A DNA stretch of 64,000 nucleotides, taken from the sequence record KU521356.1; one strand, written 5' to 3'. Below the pieces are notes generated by a model. It did no database searches, was not told the DNA's origin, and saw only the letters and a program-made list of their open reading frames with translations. Each line of letters opens with the position of its first letter. Within the stretch, counting starts at the first letter, position 1. A program made the position numbers and the translations under genes. Of the stretch, positions 53,602 to 61,692 are shown one piece after another.

Positions 53602-54258
53602 ATGCTAATGAATGAAATTATCGATATTCTAGAAGGAGGGAAAGAGAATATTCTCTTAACTAACCATCTAGGTAATGGCAAATATTCCAATGCGGGTAAT
53701 GCAATGGCTGCATCATATGCCATTGCGGCACATACTGCTGTTGGTCAATTGCGAGATGGTTCAGGAAAACCTTACTGGCATCATTTATTACAAGTAGCTG
53801 AGATGGCGCAATTATTCGACCTATCTCACGCTGCTTATAAAGCAGCATGGTTACATGATGTAATTGAGGATACTGCTGTAACTGCTTCTGATCTAACTAA
53901 ACTATTCTCAATCCCTGTTGTTAATTTAGTAACTGAACTAACAAATGTAACTTACGAAGGTAATCGTAAAACTAGGATTAGTTTACAACATGAAAGACTT
54001 TCTCGCATTTCATGGAGTGGTCAATCTCTTAAGTTACTAGATTCCATTTCAAACATGTGGTCGATTGTTAATGATAAGCCTGATTTTGCTGAACTGTATC
54101 TGACTGAGAAAGCTCAACTAATCAGTAAGTTAAATAATTGTCACCCCGCTATTAAAGATCTGGCTATATCTGTTCTCTATGGCAGGTGTACTATGGTTGG
54201 TGGGGATGCACTAAAAGAATATAATAAACTATTTTCTGATAATGAAATTGTATGTTAA
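53602..54258 (+). CDS. SpoT/MESH1-like HD-domain hydrolase (small alarmone hydrolase-like)
   Basis: AHTAVGQLRDGSGKPYWHH, AAWLHDVIEDT, LVTELTN and LKLLDSISNM motifs; no synthetase domain. Confidence 0.85.
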   Translation: MLMNEIIDILEGGKENILLTNHLGNGKYSNAGNAMAASYAIAAHTAVGQLRDGSGKPYWHHLLQVAEMAQLFDLSHAAYKAAWLHDVIEDTAVTASDLTKLFSIPVVNLVTELTNVTYEGNRKTRISLQHERLSRISWSGQSLKLLDSISNMWSIVNDKPDFAELYLTEKAQLISKLNNCHPAIKDLAISVLYGRCTMVGGDALKEYNKLFSDNEIVC

Positions 54259-54336
54259 AATAATTACTTAATATACACCCTCCCTTCGGGGAGGGTTTTA
54301 TTTATCTTTTTTTTGTATTTAAACTATTTAAAAAGC

Positions 54337-54344
54337 TATATTAC
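54337..54344 (+). promoter_or_regulatory. Early promoter core TATATTAC heading the exported-protein operon
   Basis: Follows the terminator at 54277; upstream tgtatttaaactatttaaaaagc. Confidence 0.75.
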
Positions 54345-54377
54345 AAATATGAATTTAATAACCAAGAGGGCAATACA

Positions 54378-54641
54378 ATGACTGAACGTTTGAAATCCGT
54401 ATGGTGCGCTTGCAGCTTACTGCGTGAACGCTGGAGACACATCCAAGACATTGCTGTCGGGGATGAACATCATGTCATAGTAAAAAACGATATGCTGATG
54501 GTGTTTCGTGGTCAAGTACCGGTAGGTAGCATGTACCGGGGTGACAGTGACCCACTCATCTACGAGGGTGGTGCACTGGAAGAATTTACTAAAGTTGTAT
54601 TGGATTTAGAATTCAATACTCGTGGTGAAACCAATAGTTAA
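54378..54641 (+). CDS. Hypothetical protein
   Basis: First gene after the early promoter; RBS gagg. Confidence 0.6.
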   Translation: MTERLKSVWCACSLLRERWRHIQDIAVGDEHHVIVKNDMLMVFRGQVPVGSMYRGDSDPLIYEGGALEEFTKVVLDLEFNTRGETNS

Positions 54642-54667
54642 TAAAATTAATTTTGAGGTAATTCATT

Positions 54668-55075
54668 ATGAAATATGTAATTGTATTTATGTTGTCTATT
54701 GTAACTATCACTGCTAACTCGGCTGTCATGTACACTAATCGTGATTCATGCATCGAGTTTGTAAAACAGGCAGATGAATTGTTTGTAAAAGGTGCATCTG
54801 TAACTGAAGTGCAAATGAAGACTTATGAAAGGATTCATTATATCCTTAATAACACTAAAGATCTAAAGACCAACCAGTCTAAAGTTGAAGAACTCACTGG
54901 TCTATTTTACCTATGGTCTAAGGTAGATAAAATGGCAATTGAGGCAAGTTTGCCACGTGCAACAAATGCTGCTAAAGTCTATAAGACCACTCCTGAGAAA
55001 TTCATCATTGATGGTTATTTCCAGCGTTGTGTAGCGGCAGGTGCGTTTGAAGCAAAACCACTTACTCTAAAATAA
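54668..55075 (+). CDS. Exported two-Cys protein
   Basis: Signal peptide MKYVIVFMLSIVTITANSA; Cys in RDSC and FQRCV. Confidence 0.7.
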   Translation: MKYVIVFMLSIVTITANSAVMYTNRDSCIEFVKQADELFVKGASVTEVQMKTYERIHYILNNTKDLKTNQSKVEELTGLFYLWSKVDKMAIEASLPRATNAAKVYKTTPEKFIIDGYFQRCVAAGAFEAKPLTLK

Positions 55076-55087
55076 TGGAGGTACAAC

Positions 55088-55447
55088 ATGCTTAAGAATT
55101 GGCTATTATTCCTTTTCCTGCCAATCCTGTCCATTGCATGTCAGCCTGCCCACGCTGTAGAAGTGGGTATTACTAAGAAATCATGTAATGTGGCAGTAAA
55201 TCTTTCACAAAAAGCAACTGAGCTTTATGATAAGAACCTATCCCAATTTGAGATAATGATGCAGTTAGATATGATCTCTCGTAAGGATATGGATGACTTA
55301 GAGTTCTATGCAGGTACCGTATATGCTAAATTAAACTTAGTTGATATTCGCGTAAATAAACGAAAAGGATTTACCAATGGAGCTATTCTAGATAGGCTAG
55401 CTGAAAACTGTGTTGAAGCAATTGGTACTAAATTTAACTTGGAGTAG
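55088..55447 (+). CDS. Exported two-Cys protein
   Basis: Signal peptide ending AHA; mature Cys in KKSC and AENCV. Confidence 0.7.
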   Translation: MLKNWLLFLFLPILSIACQPAHAVEVGITKKSCNVAVNLSQKATELYDKNLSQFEIMMQLDMISRKDMDDLEFYAGTVYAKLNLVDIRVNKRKGFTNGAILDRLAENCVEAIGTKFNLE

Positions 55448-55450
55448 AAT

Positions 55451-56245
55451 ATGGTTAGTATTTATATTGTCATTATACTCATGGCTATGCTAGCTGCATT
55501 GACATGTGGTAATTTGGTAGATAGCTGGGTAAGGCCAGCTATTCTAAAGTGGTTAAATGATGATGTCGCTATTCATTTCACCAATGCTACCTGGATGGTT
55601 GGGGGGATCCCTAATAGTGTTCCAATGCAACTAGGTAAAGCTGTTTGGTTACCCAAATACGTGGGTGACGGAATACGTCTTTATATCACGGCTGATGAAA
55701 TAAAATTTGGATGGAATGGTAAAGAAAAAGATGCTTTAGCACGAGCCATTGTTGAAGTTATCTTTATTGGTAAAAATCCAAATAGTAAACTTCTTGAAGT
55801 AAGTATTAAACCTATTTGGTTACACCCTTCTATCCAAAAAGAAAGTTTCTATTTAATGTTTGATTGGGAAAAGCTTTATACAAAAAATGAAGAGATGCGT
55901 ATTTGTTGGAAGACAATACGTCACACTTTTTTCTATGGATTCCTAGGTTTGCTATTTGGCGGTAGTGCCAATGCAGATAACCTTGTATTAACTGAACGTG
56001 GATGTGACCAATATGAAGCAATGGTGAGAACTATTGCATCTAAAGCTTATATTGGATTAGATCCAGTTATGGGTAGGGAATTCATTATTAATGATCCTGA
56101 TATGTTAAATGCCCGTGAGAAAGCACAACGTAATACCCGTATCATTATCGATATGGTGGAAACTGGACAAGAACCCAAAGACATTGCATTATGGATGAAT
56201 ACTCAATGTAAACAAGAAGCAGTGTCAAATTTAATCAAACAGTAA
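55451..56245 (+). CDS. Membrane-anchored domain fused in frame to an exported two-Cys domain (internal ATG 55895)
   Basis: N-terminal TM segment; second signal peptide ending GSANA; Cys in ERGC and NTQCK. Confidence 0.6.
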   Translation: MVSIYIVIILMAMLAALTCGNLVDSWVRPAILKWLNDDVAIHFTNATWMVGGIPNSVPMQLGKAVWLPKYVGDGIRLYITADEIKFGWNGKEKDALARAIVEVIFIGKNPNSKLLEVSIKPIWLHPSIQKESFYLMFDWEKLYTKNEEMRICWKTIRHTFFYGFLGLLFGGSANADNLVLTERGCDQYEAMVRTIASKAYIGLDPVMGREFIINDPDMLNAREKAQRNTRIIIDMVETGQEPKDIALWMNTQCKQEAVSNLIKQ

Positions 56246-56258
56246 AAAAGGCATAGAT

Positions 56259-56642
56259 ATGAAAAGAAATTTTGAAGATGATCACGTGGTAATGGCAGTG
56301 GAAGTATATGAGAAACTGAAAGAAGCTGCTGCTTATTCATTACACTCTTCTGAAATTAGTAAGATCGAACGACATATGCGTAAGTTTAATCGTGTTCAAC
56401 GCGATAAACATATTGAAAATATGCATATGGAAATGCTTGAGAAACGCGAGGCTATTAGAAAAGCAAAATCTTTCTTTTCTCAAAATGCCGGTAAAATTGG
56501 TTGCGTAGTAGATAGGCTTGTCAAAGTATGTGAAGTGTATAAAATGGATAAGTCTATGGTGGTTGTTGAGTTTCTCCAACATAAATCTAAAATTAAAGTT
56601 CCAGTAAATCCTGAAAAAATTACTATTCTTACCATTAAATAA
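56259..56642 (+). CDS. Hypothetical protein, paralog of 30944-31546
   Basis: Shared N-terminal pattern (see findings). Confidence 0.65.
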   Translation: MKRNFEDDHVVMAVEVYEKLKEAAAYSLHSSEISKIERHMRKFNRVQRDKHIENMHMEMLEKREAIRKAKSFFSQNAGKIGCVVDRLVKVCEVYKMDKSMVVVEFLQHKSKIKVPVNPEKITILTIK

Positions 56643-56659
56643 ATGAAGAAGGATTTAAA

Positions 56660-57115
56660 ATGAAAAATGTAATTGCAGCAGCTTTCGCTGGTCTCATTGC
56701 CATTACCGGTATCATGTTCAATACCGCAATGGCTGAAATCAAGATTGGTAAAAAAGATGCTCAACTCACTGTGCAGTCGTGTGCAATGGTTGAAACCATT
56801 ACTAAACAAGCTGTATTTCGAATGAGTGAAGGTCATAGCGCAGATGAAGTTGGTGTGCTTATGCTCAACAACTCTGCTAAACTAAAAGATGAGTTGGATA
56901 CCAATAATTGGATTGCGTTAACATTCGTATTCAATAGTCTTAATAAAATCAATAATGACCTTAACAGTAAAGAGATCCATGATTATATCCGTAGTCAAGG
57001 TTACAATGTGACTACTCCTAATCTGGCAGCTTTTATCAGCGGGTATTATGGCAATTACTGCATGAAGCATATTGGTGAGAAATTCACTCACATGGTAATT
57101 GTTGAACTCATTTAA
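56660..57115 (+). CDS. Exported two-Cys protein
   Basis: Signal peptide ending AMA; Cys in VQSC and GNYCM. Confidence 0.7.
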   Translation: MKNVIAAAFAGLIAITGIMFNTAMAEIKIGKKDAQLTVQSCAMVETITKQAVFRMSEGHSADEVGVLMLNNSAKLKDELDTNNWIALTFVFNSLNKINNDLNSKEIHDYIRSQGYNVTTPNLAAFISGYYGNYCMKHIGEKFTHMVIVELI

Positions 57116-57147
57116 TTCATATCGAATACTTTCAAAAGGAAAATAGG

Positions 57148-57525
57148 ATGAAATACGTCTTCTCGCTCATTATCACTATGGTAGCAATGTCGGTTAATGC
57201 ACAACCCGTAACCGTGTCATCTTGCTACGTGCTGCACAGCTTGGCAAAGAATATGGTTCAATTCTACACTAATGGCGGTGAGCCATTGGAGATGTATGCA
57301 ATACTGCAAGATGAACTATCCATTGCCATAGATAAAAACCAGAGTGATAAGGCACTCGCTATTAATATCGCATTGGATAATGTCGATGTAATATACCAAA
57401 ATCTCACTGATCCCGCACTTAAGCTTTTGGCAAAGAGCGAGGGAAGTGATCTTGGTGAGATGCTGACTGAAAAACTCAGTAATGGGTGTTTCAATATAGT
57501 CGGCGAGGAGTTGTATGATAACTAG
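57148..57525 (+). CDS. Exported two-Cys protein
   Basis: Signal peptide ending VNA; Cys in VSSC and SNGCF. Confidence 0.7.
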   Translation: MKYVFSLIITMVAMSVNAQPVTVSSCYVLHSLAKNMVQFYTNGGEPLEMYAILQDELSIAIDKNQSDKALAINIALDNVDVIYQNLTDPALKLLAKSEGSDLGEMLTEKLSNGCFNIVGEELYDN

Positions 57526-57944
57526 AATCATCCTAATTGTTGCATGGGTATGGGTAATCTCTCTTATGGGAATGATTACGTATGTTCTTTATGATACGTA
57601 TCAATTTCGTAAGAAATTAGAAATGCCTGTTGTAGAATGGGAAGATAAGGCGAAGGACACTCCTGTTAAGAAGTGTCCAGATGAAGTATTATTCGCTGAA
57701 GACCCAAAGGATGGCAAACTCAAAATGGGATGCCCTGAGAGTTATAAGAAATAATTAGAGGACCTTCGGGTCCTCTTTTTAACCGACTGGACGGTTAAAA
57801 CTAGGTGGGATAAATTAAACTATTTGAGGAAATCTAATGCAACTTAGTAATGAACTTTTCTATGTGGGTATGGTAGCTGTATCAATGTCAATCGGTATGC
57901 TATTTAGCTATATTTATCACACTCATAAGAAAAAATATAAATAA
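57515..57944 (+). other. Small membrane proteins: 57515-57754 (TM plus two Cys) and 57837-57944 (35 aa, not in track)
   Basis: Single hydrophobic segments; RBS gagga before both. Confidence 0.55.
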
Positions 57945-58000
57945 AGTCATAAACCCTCTCCCAAAGGAGAGGGCTTTTACATTAAATTTTTTTTGAAATC

Positions 58001-58008
58001 TATATTAC
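58001..58008 (+). promoter_or_regulatory. Early promoter core TATATTAC
   Basis: Follows the terminator at 57953. Confidence 0.75.
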
Positions 58009-58047
58009 ACTAATACAACATTAAACTATTAAATAGGTAATTAAAAA

Positions 58048-60612
58048 ATGAATGAAAATATTAAACGCTCATTTATTGGTATGCCACTGTCTATCAATAT
58101 TGGTAAAGATATTGATTTATCAATGTATGAACGAATTGTATTTGTATCACAAGTAGATAAAAATGATATAAAATACTTTGTTTATAAATTAAATAAATCC
58201 AAATTTAAACATGAACCAAATGTAGTTAATTACGCCGAAACAGATAAGGATATTATTATTTATCCCCCGCTTGATTTCATTCAGACAATTAATGAATATT
58301 ATCGAGTATCATTGGAAAATGAATTTATGTGTCATCCTGTTATTCTAAAAGCAGATGATAGTAATAATCAAGAAGTATTTTTGAAAACTATTAAAATGGT
58401 ACATGAGTATGTCGATGAATAACTGCGCATTTATTAATTTAAGGCAACGTTTAGTTAATGATAAACTAACCTATGTGATTCATCCCATAGTGAAGGTTTA
58501 TGATTTCACTAGAAAGGCTATTAGACAATTAACTGATTTTGCTATTTTAGATAGTTATAACTTCCCAGAGGAAACTTCCAATATTAGTGTTCAGCCAACT
58601 ATCACAGATGATACTAATAATAGAAATTCTTTGATACATCTTGGGGTTATAGAAGAGCCTGATTTTGGACCAACTAGATTATACGCCATCTTAGATAGAG
58701 AAATCAAAGATGATTCTAATCTAATTGAAACAACTGATGATGGCTGGTATACATTGGATGAGTTAATTCTAGTTGAAGACGATATGGATGAATTCGCGCG
58801 ACTTATTGTTCAGTACTTGCGAACTATTCCGAGGAAGCCACAATGGTTAACTTCGACAAAAGATGTTTAGAAATAGAGCCTAATCAGTTAGGTTATGTAT
58901 TTACAAAGATCGGTTGGGAAATATGTGTTACTATTGGCATACGACATATATGTGCTAAAACCTATTATACAGTGTATTCACTTAATGATAAATGCATTTA
59001 TTACATTGAGCATTCAGCGCAATTTACTAAACGCATAAAACCAAACTATATACAAAGGTTTCATGTTCTATGATCAATACAACCGATAAAACTATAGTTG
59101 GTATAGGATTTGAAACAAAGGTTTCAGATTCACCGATTGAACAACCTGTAAAGAAAACTAAGACTCCTAAGATAAATAAACAAAAAGAATGGGAGAAAGT
59201 AGATGATCCGAGAGAATATACAAAAGAGGAACAAACTTCTCTCTTTGTAAATTGGCTTCAAAGCACACGTAATTACTGGCATAAACAGTATACCGATACT
59301 CAAAATACAGATAAGGCACTATCTATCAGAGATATGCTTGATGGATTTATATATAGCATCGCAGCTGGCCTAGATGGCAATGATCCAAATATACCCGGAT
59401 TCAAACTTATACCTAATGTTACTCAAGAGGATATTGACTACCTAATAAGTATTGGTGAGAATTATTGGCCAGTAAACCCAGTTGAAAATTTAAAAGATAA
59501 TATCCGTGCAAAGTGTGATGCAGTTGATATTTCTGGTAATCTACGTTATCAAGTTTCTAAGACATTTACGGAACCTTTCAAAGGACCACATGCACTATTG
59601 AACCATTTCCTTAGTTTAGCAGGTGAGAAACCTGTTAAGTATTACTCGGGTAATTTTACGCAAGAGCAACTTGCTATGTTAGTAGAAAAAGCTAAAGAAA
59701 AAGCGGAAAAGATACAATCACAAATAGCTGATGATATCAGTCGAATAATGCGTTAATGAACTAATAAATTTATAAGCTACTGATAACAAGGTATGTAATT
59801 ATGATCTATTTTGAAGGCGATGGTAATGTTAAACCTGTAACACAGGAACAAGTTAAAGAACTATTTATTAGTAGTGTTGTCAATATGCGTGATAATGCTA
59901 TCAATAACTCTAAACTTGATCAATTTACAGAGCCAGCTGATCGGGACAGGGCTGTAGCAGATAGTGTCATTACAGGCATGCTAGATATACTAGATGGCAA
60001 TAATGACGATTGCCCAGCGTTTCATTTAATTCCAGCAGTTGGTGAGGAAGAATATTTAGCGGCTGTAGAAGCAGGTGCTGATTATATCCCTTATGATGAT
60101 GGTAGTGATAATTATCAACCATTAGATTTAGCTGGTGAACTACGAGATTATTTTATCTTTGTTAATAGGGGTTAGTAATGACTGAGGTAGTGATTGCACT
60201 TATCCTGTCAGCAATTATTGTTTACTTAATTAATATTTTTAAACAATCGAAAGTAATTTATACTAATGCCATAAATGATAATGTCTTTGTTGTTACTGGT
60301 TGTACTTACATATCAGAAAATAATGAGGACGGTACATTAACAACTTTTTCACCTAAATTAAATAATAGGTTAATAATTGATTTAACTAAAGGTCAACCCA
60401 ATAAAGACTTTTATATTTCAGTATTAGATAACACACTTAAATTCCATCACACTGTTGATGAAATCATCACAGCTAATAAATGGGAAGCTTTATTTAAAAT
60501 TAGCATAACTAAAGAGGATGTGTGTATCTCAGGAATACCTCTTAAAAATAAAAGCATGAAATGTAATTTACACTGGGTTATAGCACCAAGTAAAATGGTG
60601 AATAAATTGTAA
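58048..60612 (+). other. Hypothetical CDSs: 58048-58422, 58403-58870, 58843-59073, 59070-59756, 59801-60175, 60178-60612
   Basis: Overlapping or coupled ORFs; 59070 and 59801 are tandem paralogs. Confidence 0.6.
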
Positions 60613-60685
60613 TAGTTATTATATTGCCCTCCCATTGCGGGAGGGCTTATATTTTATTTTTTTGTATTTAAAGCATTTTAAACAG

Positions 60686-60693
60686 TATATTAC
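60686..60693 (+). promoter_or_regulatory. Early promoter core TATATTAC
   Basis: Follows the terminator at 60626. Confidence 0.75.
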
Positions 60694-60736
60694 AAATGTG
60701 ATAAAACTATCTAAATTTCAAATAGGTAAATCAATT

Positions 60737-61096
60737 ATGTTGGACTATGCTTTGGAAAAGTGTCGTGAAATCCCTTATGTAAAACATCGTCAACGTGTTT
60801 ATTCAGTCATTACTGATAAACGTGGTAGGATCATTAGTGAAAGCCAAAATATGTATGGTAAAACACATCCTGCTCAGAAACGTTATTCTCTAAAAGCAGG
60901 ATTGTCCGATCTACGTTGTGAGATGCATAGTGAGTTGCGTTCTATCATCCTCTCCAAGGGAAAAGGATATAGGATCTATGTTGCGCGAGTCGGTTCTGAT
61001 GGTAGGCCATTAGATGCATATCCGTGTCCCACTTGTCAAATGGCAATTAATGACCATGGTAAATTAAAAGAGGTAATTGTATCTATTGGTAAATAA
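60737..61096 (+). CDS. Zinc-dependent cytidine/dCMP deaminase-fold protein
   Basis: HSE and PCPTC Zn-binding motifs. Start moved from 60635 because that extension overlaps a terminator and a promoter; RBS aggt precedes 60737. Confidence 0.75.
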   Translation: MLDYALEKCREIPYVKHRQRVYSVITDKRGRIISESQNMYGKTHPAQKRYSLKAGLSDLRCEMHSELRSIILSKGKGYRIYVARVGSDGRPLDAYPCPTCQMAINDHGKLKEVIVSIGK

Positions 61097-61141
61097 TAAC
61101 ACTATAGTTAATTTCCTTATTTATTTAAAAAGGAAAATATA

Positions 61142-61672
61142 ATGCCTAATGATTATTTAAATAATAAACCATCCAAATATCTTAAGAGGATTCATCTTAC
61201 AGCAAATGGTACATTGGCTACAACTGTAGAAACATGTCTAGAATATCAACCAGTTAGTGATATCCACAAGTTCTATCCTTACTTCAATTTTACACCAGCG
61301 GAACTTTGGGATAAATTTTCTGAATCTAGTTTTAATGTACTAACTATTTTTGGTAAACCAGATACCGGTGAGTCAATCTTCGCTAGAGAAATGTTGAATC
61401 ATCGAGGCTGGGATGATAAAATTTATTTAGCTGATCGGTCCGATATTTTAGAACATCCTGAATTCGCTGACCTCATTAGAGGTTTTCCAAATGGATCTGT
61501 TATTATTGCCGAAGATGTTGATAAAGTAGTGCGTGCACGTACAGGTGGTAATGGGGTTATGTCAGCTATCATTAATGCTAGTGAAGAAATTACCAAACGT
61601 AATATTAAATTAGTCATCACTACCAGCTTACCAACACTTAAGGATACTGATGTAGGCATTTTGATGTTCTAG
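61142..61672 (+). CDS. Truncated, degenerate paralog of the AAA+ ATPase at 29736
   Basis: Aligns to the ATPase domain, but Walker A reads GKPDTGES and the ORF stops before the arginine finger. Confidence 0.65.
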   Translation: MPNDYLNNKPSKYLKRIHLTANGTLATTVETCLEYQPVSDIHKFYPYFNFTPAELWDKFSESSFNVLTIFGKPDTGESIFAREMLNHRGWDDKIYLADRSDILEHPEFADLIRGFPNGSVIIAEDVDKVVRARTGGNGVMSAIINASEEITKRNIKLVITTSLPTLKDTDVGILMF

Positions 61673-61692
61673 AATTTAATTAGGATCAAACT

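Noticed and set aside
58403-58870. Nudix hydrolase
   Set aside because: Only the C-terminal WYTLDEL segment is reminiscent; the GX5EX7REUXEE box is absent.
35742-60703. CRISPR array or mini-array formed by the repeated cassettes
   Set aside because: Copies are kilobases apart, not separated by 25-45-nt spacers; they are explained as terminators and promoters, and no cas genes are present.
60635-60736. Longer N-terminus for the deaminase
   Set aside because: It overlaps a terminator hairpin and the early promoter; the RBS supports ATG 60737.
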